DNA of 44,832 nt, from contig JAFGJV010000005.1 of NCBI GenBank assembly GCA_016928955.1, forward strand, positions 1 to 44,832, read 5' to 3'. Below, piece after piece: positions 8,269 through 16,516 of the stretch (its first letter is position 1; each line of letters begins with the position of its first letter). The notes below the pieces were generated by a model. That model was not told where the DNA came from, did not search any database, and saw only the letters and a program-made list of their open reading frames with translations. This DNA comes from Spirochaetales bacterium (lineage in GTDB: Bacteria > Spirochaetota > Spirochaetia > Treponematales > UBA12059). The position numbers and the translations under genes are program-made.

Positions 8269-10353
8269 TCAGAAACCGGCTAGCTCACGTTCCAGAATGG
8301 CTATTTCCTCCCGGATCCGAGCTTCCTTCTCCGCCTTGCATTTGGGGCAGGAGAAGTGCTCGCCGGCCACGTATCCGTGTACGGGGCACACGGAGAACGT
8401 GGGCGTGACCGTGTAGTAGGGAATGCGGTAGCGCGACGCCACAGCTCGCACCAGATCCCTCACGGCGCGCCAGTCCTCCACCGCCTCGCCCAGGAACATG
8501 TGGAAGACGGTGCCGCCCGTGTAGCGCTTCTGAAGGGACTCCTGGTGGTCCAGGGCGGCAAAGAGGTCGTCCGTGTGGTCAACGGGAAGCTGGGTAGAGT
8601 TGGTGTAATACGGCTCGTCCCCGCCGGCGCTAATGATTTCCGGATACCGGGACTTGTCGTGCTTGGCCAGGCGGTAGGACGTGCTCTCGGCCGGCGTGGC
8701 CTCCAGGTTGTACAGCTCTCCGGTGTCCTCCTGCAGGTCAGAGAGCCGCTGGCGTAAATGGTCCAGCACTTCCTCCGCAAAGGCCTTGCCTTCGGGCGCC
8801 GCCAGGCCCTTGCTCAGGAAATTGAGACAGCACTCGTTCATGCCCACCAGGCCTATGGTGTTGAAATGGTTGTCGAAATTCTTGAGATAGCGCTTTGTGT
8901 ATGGAAACAGGCCGCCATCGAGCAGCCGGGAGCACACCTTGCGCTTGATGGTCAGGCTCTTGGCCGCCAGGTCGGTCAGCCTGTCCAGGCGCTTATAGAA
9001 TTCCCCCTTGCCCTCGGACAGGTAGCCTATCCTGGGCAGGTTCAGGGTAACCACGCCGATAGAACCGGTCAGCTCGTCAGAGCCAAAAAGTCCGCCGCCG
9101 CGCTTGCGCAGTTCCCGCTTGTCCAGCTGGAGGCGGCAGCACATGGAGCGTACGTCGCCGGGGTCAAGGTCCGAGTTGACGAAATTCTGGAAATACGGCG
9201 TGCCGTACTTGGCCGTCATCTCGAACAGCAACTGGGCGTTGGGACTGTCCCACTCAAAATCCTTGGTAATGTTGTATGTCGGTATGGGATACTGGAAGCC
9301 CCTGCCGTCGGCGTCGCCGCCGAGCATGAGCTGAATGAACACACGGTTGACGGTGTCCATCTCCGCCTGGCAGTCGCCGTAGGTGAAATCCTGCTCCTTG
9401 CCTCCCACCACGGCCGGCCTGTCCCGCAGGTCCGGCGGGCACACCCAGTCCAGCGTGACGTTGGTAAAGGGAGCCTGGCTGCCCCAGCGGCTGGGCGTGT
9501 TCACCCCGAACATGAAGGACTGGATGCACTGCTTGACTTCCTCGTCCGACATGGCGTCGACCCGGACGAAGGGTGCCAGGTAGGTGTCGAAACTGGAAAA
9601 AGCCTGGGCTCCGGCCCACTCGTTCTGGAGTATGCCCAGGAAATTGACCATCTGCTGGACCAAGGTGGACAGATGCTTGGCCGGCGAGCTGGTGATCTTG
9701 TCAGGCACTCCGCCAAGGCCCTCGGCTATCAGCTGGCGGAGCGACCAGCCGGCGCAGTACCCTGAGAACATGGACAGGTCGTGGATGTGAAAGTCCGCGT
9801 TCTTGTGCGCCTCGGCAATTTCCTCGGGATAGATGTTCTTGAGCCAGTAGTTGGCGGTGACGCTGCCGGAATTGTGGAGGATGAGGCCGCCCAGGCTGTA
9901 GTTGACATTGGCGTTTTCCTTGACGCGCCAGTCCACCTGGGCCAGGTAGCCGTCCATGGTGGAGCTGATGTCCAGCATCAGTTTTTGGGCGTCGCGGACG
10001 GCCTGGCGTTTTGCCCGGTAGAGTATGTACGCCCTGGCCACTTCGGCCTCCCGGGCTTCTATCAGGGCCATCTCGACCAGGTCCTGGATCTCTTCTATGG
10101 CTGGTATCGAATTCGGGTGGCGCCCCGACTGGAGAAGCCCAAGGCGGGTTTCCACGTCGGTTACGATGCGCTCCACCTGGTCCCTGTCCGCCACGCCCCG
10201 GACCGCGCGGAAAGCCTTCTCTATGGCGGCCGCTATCCTACCGCGGTCATAGCGCTCCACGGAGCCCGAGCGCTTGGCCACCCATCGGCCGCCGTCGTCC
10301 GAAGCTCCAAGAAAAGACTTCCATTCAGGAAAAACGTCCCCTGGCTCGCCCAT
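8269..10353 (-). CDS. nrdD: Class III ribonucleoside-triphosphate reductase catalytic subunit, lacking the glycyl-radical loop
   Basis: N-terminal ATP cone (VAKRSG...YDRGRIAAAI), HIHDL, GYCAGW, RSMCCRL finger loop, LEATPAES, YTGGT, Zn site CPVH...CPKC. Ends in a helical tail with no RxxGY motif. Confidence 0.95.
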   Translation of the reverse strand: MGEPGDVFPEWKSFLGASDDGGRWVAKRSGSVERYDRGRIAAAIEKAFRAVRGVADRDQVERIVTDVETRLGLLQSGRHPNSIPAIEEIQDLVEMALIEAREAEVARAYILYRAKRQAVRDAQKLMLDISSTMDGYLAQVDWRVKENANVNYSLGGLILHNSGSVTANYWLKNIYPEEIAEAHKNADFHIHDLSMFSGYCAGWSLRQLIAEGLGGVPDKITSSPAKHLSTLVQQMVNFLGILQNEWAGAQAFSSFDTYLAPFVRVDAMSDEEVKQCIQSFMFGVNTPSRWGSQAPFTNVTLDWVCPPDLRDRPAVVGGKEQDFTYGDCQAEMDTVNRVFIQLMLGGDADGRGFQYPIPTYNITKDFEWDSPNAQLLFEMTAKYGTPYFQNFVNSDLDPGDVRSMCCRLQLDKRELRKRGGGLFGSDELTGSIGVVTLNLPRIGYLSEGKGEFYKRLDRLTDLAAKSLTIKRKVCSRLLDGGLFPYTKRYLKNFDNHFNTIGLVGMNECCLNFLSKGLAAPEGKAFAEEVLDHLRQRLSDLQEDTGELYNLEATPAESTSYRLAKHDKSRYPEIISAGGDEPYYTNSTQLPVDHTDDLFAALDHQESLQKRYTGGTVFHMFLGEAVEDWRAVRDLVRAVASRYRIPYYTVTPTFSVCPVHGYVAGEHFSCPKCKAEKEARIREEIAILERELAGF

Positions 10354-10355
10354 GC

Positions 10356-10826
10356 CTAATCCCCCCCGCGAGCGCTCTCCAAGCGCTCGATTTCTTTTAC
10401 GAATTCGTCCATCGACTCGAATTTGCGGTACACGCTGGCAAAGCGTATGTAAGCCACCTTGTCCAGTTCGTAGAGTTTGTGCAGGGTCATGCGGCCCAGT
10501 TCTGCGGAAGGCACCTCGTTAGTGCCCTTGCCCACCATGGCGGCCTCGTCCTCTATCTCGTTGAGGATATTTTCTATGGTAAGCTGGGAAACAGGCCGCT
10601 TCTCAAGGGCCCGCGACAAGCCACGCTCAAGTTTGGCGCGGTCAAAGGGCTCACGCCGCCCGTCGCGCTTGACGACCATCAGCGGCTTTTCCTCGATGCG
10701 CTCGTAACTGGTGAAGCGGAAACCGCACGCCAGGCACTCCCGCCTGCGGCGTATGCTCTCGCCATTGGCGAGCGTGCGTGAATCTATAACCCTGTCGTCC
10801 ATGGACAGGCAGTGGGGGCATCTCAC
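10356..10826 (-). CDS. nrdR: Transcriptional repressor NrdR
   Basis: MRCPHC...VIDSR...IRRRRECLACGFRFTSYE Zn ribbon, ATP cone, VAYIRFASVY. Confidence 0.97.
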   Translation of the reverse strand: MRCPHCLSMDDRVIDSRTLANGESIRRRRECLACGFRFTSYERIEEKPLMVVKRDGRREPFDRAKLERGLSRALEKRPVSQLTIENILNEIEDEAAMVGKGTNEVPSAELGRMTLHKLYELDKVAYIRFASVYRKFESMDEFVKEIERLESARGGD

Positions 10827-10906
10827 GGCGCGGGAACCTCCGAAACGTGCTCAGCGGAAAACAGACGGGCGTTGCCTAACTTGGTATGGTTCTTGCATTG
10901 CCACGC

Positions 10907-10922
10907 ATACTACAAATGGTGG
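10907..10922. promoter_or_regulatory. NrdR box 2
   Basis: Minus strand CCACCATTTGTAGTAT, similar to the acaCwAtATaTwGtg consensus; 32 bp from the other box. Confidence 0.75.
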
Positions 10923-10938
10923 ATACATAGCACCTACC

Positions 10939-10954
10939 CCACATGATATAGTGG
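10939..10954. promoter_or_regulatory. NrdR box 1
   Basis: Minus strand CCACTATATCATGTGG, near consensus; overlaps the -10 region of the operon promoter. Confidence 0.85.
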
Positions 10955-10973
10955 GTCAGCTAGGTCCTGTCAA
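10943..10973 (-). promoter_or_regulatory. sigma70-type promoter of the nrdR-nrdD operon
   Basis: TTGACA (10973-10968) followed by TATATC (17-nt spacer) or TATCAT (19-nt spacer). Confidence 0.65.
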
Positions 10974-11204
10974 TACTGAAAGAGGACGTAAACCGATTAA
11001 CGAATGTAAATTTTCTATAGCCCATCCTGGGCCCAAGCCCGCGCCCTGGCCAAAACACGTCAAAGCTTCGTACCACCGAACAGGAATGTGCGAAGAACGC
11101 TTGCCTTTTTGTCTCCACGGGGCGAATGTAATGGAGACACAGGCATCCGTGCCTGGCCGGTATCACATTACCCATACGGCTCGTCCGTTCAAGGAGGACA
11201 ATCC

Positions 11205-11555
11205 ATGGCTTTTTCCGACAAGATCAAAACCATCGTCGAGCAAAGTTTGGCCGCGTCCAAGGAAATTCTGTCCAAGGTGGGCGACAAGGCCCAGCAGTGG
11301 GGCGAGCTGGGCGTGCTGAAGATGGAAATTGTCCAGCTCCGGTCCCAAGCACAGAAGCTGACCGCAAAGCTCGGGGCCATAGTCTACGAAACCCTGGTCG
11401 AGAAGGGCCAGCAGTCGGTCACCAAGGATTCCCCGGCCGTGAGGGAAACCCTGGCCCAGCTGTCCGCCTTGGAAACCCAGATTGACGACAAGGAAGCACT
11501 CTTTGCCACCAAGGGCGGCAAGGAAGACGACCTTAAGGACGACGATATCAGGTGA
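11205..11555 (+). CDS. Hypothetical coiled-coil protein (116 aa)
   Basis: Strong SD AAGGAGG at 11191-11197, host-like codon usage, helical Lys/Glu-rich sequence. Confidence 0.8.
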   Translation: MAFSDKIKTIVEQSLAASKEILSKVGDKAQQWGELGVLKMEIVQLRSQAQKLTAKLGAIVYETLVEKGQQSVTKDSPAVRETLAQLSALETQIDDKEALFATKGGKEDDLKDDDIR

Positions 11556-11565
11556 GTCCCCGCGG

Positions 11566-11595
11566 GGGCCGCCGGCATCCCAAGGCCGGCGGCCC
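11566..11595. terminator. GC hairpin between converging genes (possible bidirectional terminator)
   Basis: GGGCCGCCGGC-N8-GCCGGCGGCCC; no strong U tract. Confidence 0.5.
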
Positions 11596-12375
11596 TTACG
11601 CCGTTTCCTTCTTGCCTATCCTGCACACGTACATGGGCCCGGAGCCACCTGCCTTGTCGGGCAGGAACAGAAGTCCATAGTCCGTGCGCTCGGCGCCCTC
11701 AACATCTTCAGGCGCGTCCAAGAACACATCCTGCCCATATTTTTTCACGAGCCTGGACACGGGGCCGTCGTTTTCCTCGGGGGACAGGGCGCAGGTAGAA
11801 TACACCAGCGACCCACCGGGGGCCAGCATGAGGAAAGCGCTGGACAAAAGAGCCCACTGTCTCTGGGCCAGGAAACGCACCCTGGCCGGCGTCCACGCGT
11901 CCAGGGCACTCTGGCTTGCGAGCACATGGCGCTCGCTTGAGCAGGGAGCGTCGAGCAGTATGGCCCTGAAGCGGCCGCGCTCGCTGGGCCTCCCCCCGGC
12001 CGCCGCCGCGTCAAATCCGGATACCCTGACCCGCGGCCTGAGCTCGGGGGGCAGGTGGGCGTCCAGCACGTCGGACAGGCGGCGCCGGCGGTCGCTGGAC
12101 AGCTCGTTGGCGAGTATGGTGGCCCCCGGCGGCAGGCGGCTGGCCATCACTAGGGTCTTGCCCCCGGGCGCGGCGCAGGCATCCAGGATTTCCCCGTGTT
12201 CGGGAAGGCGCAGTACCTTGGCGGCGGTCACAGACGCCGAGTCCATACGGTACGGCGCCGCAAGTCCAGCCGCGTAGTCCACGGCGTCCGTGGGCCCCAT
12301 GAGGGCATCCCTCAGGTCGGTCCAGCGGTGGCCGTACAGGGCGGAAAAGTTGGCGTCGAATTCGCGCTCTCCCAT
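11596..12375 (-). CDS. RsmB/RsmF/NOP2-family RNA m5C methyltransferase (compact catalytic-domain form)
   Basis: DACAAPGGKT, LDAPCS, YSTC..EEN motifs; SD AAGGAGG before ATG 12375. Confidence 0.88.
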   Translation of the reverse strand: MGEREFDANFSALYGHRWTDLRDALMGPTDAVDYAAGLAAPYRMDSASVTAAKVLRLPEHGEILDACAAPGGKTLVMASRLPPGATILANELSSDRRRRLSDVLDAHLPPELRPRVRVSGFDAAAAGGRPSERGRFRAILLDAPCSSERHVLASQSALDAWTPARVRFLAQRQWALLSSAFLMLAPGGSLVYSTCALSPEENDGPVSRLVKKYGQDVFLDAPEDVEGAERTDYGLLFLPDKAGGSGPMYVCRIGKKETA

Positions 12376-12529
12376 GTCCGTCCTCCTTCGAGCCGCGGGG
12401 CGTCTTCCGAACGACACCCGATCGTCCTTTGCCGTGGTAAGCCCGCGGATGGCGCTGGGCACACTGTGCAGAATGTTGGAAAGCGCCTATCTTTTCAAGC
12501 GCTCGTCGGCACGGTAGCCGCCACCACGA

Positions 12530-12559
12530 TTGACAACATCTTCCGCCGGATGGGAGAAT
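12530..12559 (+). promoter_or_regulatory. Putative promoter directly before the polyprenyl synthase start
   Basis: TTGACA-N18-GAGAAT with TGn extension, 5 nt before ATG 12565. The GGAG here could alternatively be an SD. Confidence 0.45.
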
Positions 12560-12564
12560 CCAGC

Positions 12565-13680
12565 ATGCGCGATTATTTCGACCAGGCCAGGGAAGGCGTT
12601 CGTCAGAGGATACGGGAAGCCCTTGAGGCCAGTTCCCTGCGCTGGGACAGGGCCGCGCCCGGCATGGGACAAGACGCCGCTCGGAGGCTGATGGATTTCG
12701 CGGTCCGCGGCAAGATGATACGCGGCGTCCTGGTCAAGCTGGGCTATGAACTGGCCGCCGGAAGGACAGCTTCCGGCACGGACCTTGAGGCCCTTGAAAA
12801 AGCCGGGGCGGCCATGGAGCTGTTCCAGTCCGGGCTCCTGGTACATGACGACATCATGGACCGCGACACCACGCGGCGGGGCTTCCCGACCATGCATGTA
12901 GGCTACGAGCGGACGCTGTCCGACGCCGGTTACGCGGAACCCGCGCATTACGGCGTGGCCTTGGGCATCTGCTCGGGCGACCTGGCGTATTTTGCCGGCT
13001 TTGGCATACTCACAGCCCTGACGCTTGCCGGCGACGCGGCGCGCGAAGCAGCCCGGATAGCGTCTGACGAGTTGTGCCTGGTAGGAGCCGCCCAAATGAC
13101 GGACGTGGCCAACGGCGCGGCAAACTCGGGCACGCGCAACGCCTTTGGCGATGGCCCTTTGGAGCCTACGGAAGCCGACATCATTCGCCTGTATCGCTAT
13201 AAGACCGGGCGCTACACCTTCAGCCTACCCCTGGCCATGGGAGCCGCGCTTTCAGGAGCCGGCGCTAACGCGCGCCATGCCCTGGAAGCGGCCGGCGAGG
13301 AACTGGGCATACTCTTCCAGATCAAGGACGACGAGCTGGGCCTCTTTGCCAACGAGGCGGAGCTCGGAAAACCCTTGGGTTCGGACCTGCGTGAGGACAA
13401 GAAAACCCTCCTCCGCCATCTCCTCTTCAAGTCGGCCGCCCCGGACGACCAGACGCGCCTGGCAGCCATATTCGGCAAGCATGAGCTTGACCCCGAGAGT
13501 CTGGAATTTGTGCGCGCCGCCGTGGTCAGCTCGGGAGTGCAGGCCGAACTCGCGCATCGCATGCAAGCCTGCGCCAACGCAGCCCGGTCTGCCCTGGGCG
13601 ACCTTTTGGACAGGGCCCCCGAGCCTGCCGCCCGCGCCTTCAGGGAACTGGTGGCCTACAGCCTGGAGCGCTCATCGTGA
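12565..13680 (+). CDS. Polyprenyl (geranylgeranyl) diphosphate synthase
   Basis: GKMIR, ELFQ..LVHDDIMDRD..RRG (FARM), YKTGRYT, FQIKDDELG (SARM), GSDLREDKKT. Confidence 0.9.
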   Translation: MRDYFDQAREGVRQRIREALEASSLRWDRAAPGMGQDAARRLMDFAVRGKMIRGVLVKLGYELAAGRTASGTDLEALEKAGAAMELFQSGLLVHDDIMDRDTTRRGFPTMHVGYERTLSDAGYAEPAHYGVALGICSGDLAYFAGFGILTALTLAGDAAREAARIASDELCLVGAAQMTDVANGAANSGTRNAFGDGPLEPTEADIIRLYRYKTGRYTFSLPLAMGAALSGAGANARHALEAAGEELGILFQIKDDELGLFANEAELGKPLGSDLREDKKTLLRHLLFKSAAPDDQTRLAAIFGKHELDPESLEFVRAAVVSSGVQAELAHRMQACANAARSALGDLLDRAPEPAARAFRELVAYSLERSS

Positions 13681-14270
13681 ACCGTGGATTGCCCGAGGGC
13701 GTTCGGCAAATTCTGTATGCCGTCCTTGCGATGGCCGCACTACCGGCTGGCGCCCAAACCCAGGATCCCTACGCCGGCCTGTCCGACAGCCAGCTGGACG
13801 GCATACGATCGGCCTTCTACCAGGCCGCCGATTCCATGGAAGCCACCATGGGCGCCATCCGCTCGATGGAAGCAGAGCTGGGCGGTCCCGCCGGTTCCTG
13901 GCCGCTGGTGGCCCGGGCATACAGGGCTTCCCTGGAAGGCCTCATCGGCAAGCACCATCCCAGCCTGATGGAAAAATTCCGCAGGGTCAACGCGTCCCTG
14001 GACGCCTGGCGGGGCCTGGTCGAGGCGGCTCCGCTTTCGCTCGAACTGCGCTTTCTCCGCTATTCGTACTTTCTCCAGCTGCCTGGCATCTTCGGTGTGG
14101 GCTCGTACCTGGAACCCGACCGGAAAGCCCTGCTCGAGCTTCTGGAAGCCAAGGCCGACGCGCGCGTGCCGCCTGGCCAGCGCCGCGACATGATCGAGTG
14201 GCTTCTCAAGGAAGGCAAGCTGCCGGCCAGGGACCGACAAAGACTCGAGCGCGTGCTAGCCGACAGCTGA
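13677..14270 (+). CDS. Hypothetical exported alpha-helical (TPR-like) protein
   Basis: GTGA overlap with the upstream gene, signal-peptide-like N-terminus (..ALPAGA|Q), ELRFLR..LP..F motif. Confidence 0.7.
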   Translation: MNRGLPEGVRQILYAVLAMAALPAGAQTQDPYAGLSDSQLDGIRSAFYQAADSMEATMGAIRSMEAELGGPAGSWPLVARAYRASLEGLIGKHHPSLMEKFRRVNASLDAWRGLVEAAPLSLELRFLRYSYFLQLPGIFGVGSYLEPDRKALLELLEAKADARVPPGQRRDMIEWLLKEGKLPARDRQRLERVLADS

Positions 14271-14305
14271 GTACGCGCTCGCCCCGAGGGTAGCGCCAGG
14301 TCTTC

Positions 14306-16444
14306 TCACTTGTACACGTCGCCCAAAGCGGCGCGTAGCATGCTTTCTATGTCTTTGTGGCCTAGCCGAACGGCCATGGCCAGGGCGTCGTCCTCTACCC
14401 AGTCGGTCAGGCGCAGGTCTGCCCCGGCGGCCATGAGCTGTTTCACCGCGGACGTATTGCCCGCCTGAACCGCCTGCATGAGGGCCGTTTCTCGCTTTCG
14501 CTCAATCACGCCGCTGGCCTTGCCCTTAAGGAGGTCCATGCGCGCGTTTGTATCAAGCTTGAGGCCAAGTACATAGTCGATCATGGCCTTGTTGCCAGAA
14601 CGCACGGCGTAGCCCAGGGCTGTGTAGCCCTCAAAAGAGACGCGGTGGACGTCGGCCCCTTTCTCGACCAGATACTTGGCGATGGTTACGTTGCCCGACT
14701 CGCAGGCGGCCAAGAACGGCGTGCGGTAGGGGTACAGCTCAAGCCCCACACTGGCGAGCTTTGGCTCCAACTCAGCACCTGAATCAAGAAGAAGTTTCAC
14801 CATGTCGAGCGACCCGCTTATGGCCGCGTCGCCCAGCATGGAATCACGGTGGGTTGGCCACATTGCGTTGAGCGCGTAGCCTTCAGCCAAGAGGAAGCGA
14901 ACTATGTCCAGTCGGCTGGCCATGATGGCGTCTTCCAGTATCTGCTTTTTTTCAAACATGCCAAGCTTGGCCGACGGCGACGTGTATACCGTCTTGAAGC
15001 CGCCTGTGTCGTTGGCAGCAACCCGCTCGAGCAAGAGTTCGTAGGTGCTTGGCGCGTAGTCGGGATACTCTTCCTTGAGGCCTCCCTTGTCCAAAAGATA
15101 GCGGTACAGTTCGGGGTTTTCTTTCTTGGCCGCGCGGAGGGCAGTCTCCATGTCTTCCTTGGGCAGATCCTGGCGCCGCTCAAGCAGAAGGTCAACGATC
15201 TCATAGGACTTGGTTATGGCATGCCAGCGCACGGCCATGGTCAAGGGATAGATAGCTAGCTTTTGGGCCGCAAGAAATGCTGTGAGATTGGGTAGTTCCT
15301 TGCGAAGGGCTGCCGCGCTTCCTGCATAGATGGCGCCCATGAGCGGATGCTCGGTGGCCCCTGCCTTGAGGAGGGCCGAGGCCAGGTCTGCGCGCAGGTC
15401 GGCACGGGCGGCGAGCATGGCTGTCCAGCCCTCGTCGTTTGGCTGGTTCACGTCCACGCCCGCGTCTATGAGCGCCTTGACCGTTGGGAAACTGCCGCTT
15501 GAGGTGGCAAACAGTATGGGCGAGCGCTGTTTTACGTCGTTCCTGGTGTAGTTTATGGTGCTCGAGCCCATGAAAAAATCGCTGACAAAGGCGGTGGCAG
15601 ACTTGGCGTTTATGTTGGCCCCGGCCTCTATGAGGAGTTTGCACACATCCGCATAACCTCCACGGGCGGCCATCATAAGCGGCGTGTACTTGTACTCCGA
15701 TACGGCCGCGTCCACTTTTGCCCCGGCGGCAAGCAGGAGGCGAACGCAGTCGGCATGCCCCATCGCAGAGGCGGCCCACAGGGGCGTGGCTTTAATGTAG
15801 CCAGACAAGCATGCGCTTGATTCAGTCTTGGCTTGCTGTTGTATTGCCTGTTCCACCAGGTCGGCGTATCCATGGAGTGATGCCTGAACCAAAAATGGAC
15901 CTGGGTCAGCGGTTCCATATCCGTTGCCGAAATTATTAACGTTATACGATGAGTGGGGCGCACGAAAAAAAAGCGACATGACTGCGTGGCTGGGTGTTTG
16001 CAATGCAAGAGCGTACAGCTTGTAGCTTGAGCCTACCGTGCATCCCTTGGCTATCAGGTAGTCCACGGTGGCCGGCTGTTCTAGCTCGGCCGCCCGTATA
16101 AGGGCGCGCTCGCCGCTTTCCTGGTCGAACCATCCGCGATCTACTATGGCCTTGACCACATCCAGCCGCCTGTGGGCAACGGCCAGTTCCAGGGGCGTGG
16201 CGTCCTTGGGGCTGACCACATACTCTCCCTCGCCCACGCCCTGGCTGACCAGGGACAAAGCGCGGCTGTAATCCCTGAGCTTTATGGCCCGCATGAGCGG
16301 GGCCGCGCTGGCTATGGTGCCGCCCTCGCCGTAGGCCTGGTCGCCGCCCATTTCCAGCATTTTTGACACGGTGGCGCACGAGCTTAAGACAAGGGCTGAA
16401 AGCGCCAGGGCGCACACGAGCGAACGAAAAGGTCTGTTCTTCAT
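14306..16444 (-). CDS. Ankyrin-repeat lipoprotein
   Basis: Lipobox LSSC; many ankyrin repeats (TPLWAAS..GH, TPLMMAARGG, TPFLAACESGN, TALMQAVQAGN); SD AAGGAG. Confidence 0.88.
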   Translation of the reverse strand: MKNRPFRSLVCALALSALVLSSCATVSKMLEMGGDQAYGEGGTIASAAPLMRAIKLRDYSRALSLVSQGVGEGEYVVSPKDATPLELAVAHRRLDVVKAIVDRGWFDQESGERALIRAAELEQPATVDYLIAKGCTVGSSYKLYALALQTPSHAVMSLFFRAPHSSYNVNNFGNGYGTADPGPFLVQASLHGYADLVEQAIQQQAKTESSACLSGYIKATPLWAASAMGHADCVRLLLAAGAKVDAAVSEYKYTPLMMAARGGYADVCKLLIEAGANINAKSATAFVSDFFMGSSTINYTRNDVKQRSPILFATSSGSFPTVKALIDAGVDVNQPNDEGWTAMLAARADLRADLASALLKAGATEHPLMGAIYAGSAAALRKELPNLTAFLAAQKLAIYPLTMAVRWHAITKSYEIVDLLLERRQDLPKEDMETALRAAKKENPELYRYLLDKGGLKEEYPDYAPSTYELLLERVAANDTGGFKTVYTSPSAKLGMFEKKQILEDAIMASRLDIVRFLLAEGYALNAMWPTHRDSMLGDAAISGSLDMVKLLLDSGAELEPKLASVGLELYPYRTPFLAACESGNVTIAKYLVEKGADVHRVSFEGYTALGYAVRSGNKAMIDYVLGLKLDTNARMDLLKGKASGVIERKRETALMQAVQAGNTSAVKQLMAAGADLRLTDWVEDDALAMAVRLGHKDIESMLRAALGDVYK

Positions 16445-16516
16445 ACAAGCTCCTTCAACAAGCTCTGGATTCGTTTGGCTGGGATTATTTTCTTAGTCCC
16501 CGAAACCAATTCAATT

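Noticed and set aside
450..9765. Many 100-370 aa alternative-frame ORFs over fusA, lhr and nrdD
   Set aside because: They fully overlap well-supported genes and have the Arg/Pro/Gly-rich composition typical of high-GC off-frame translation.
12196..12564. Long N-terminal extensions in the ORF track (polyprenyl synthase from 12196, also pgm from 21869, UDPGP from 39216, OMP from 35684, nrdG from 7744)
   Set aside because: They overlap neighbouring genes or promoters; downstream starts have SD, coupling or -10 support.
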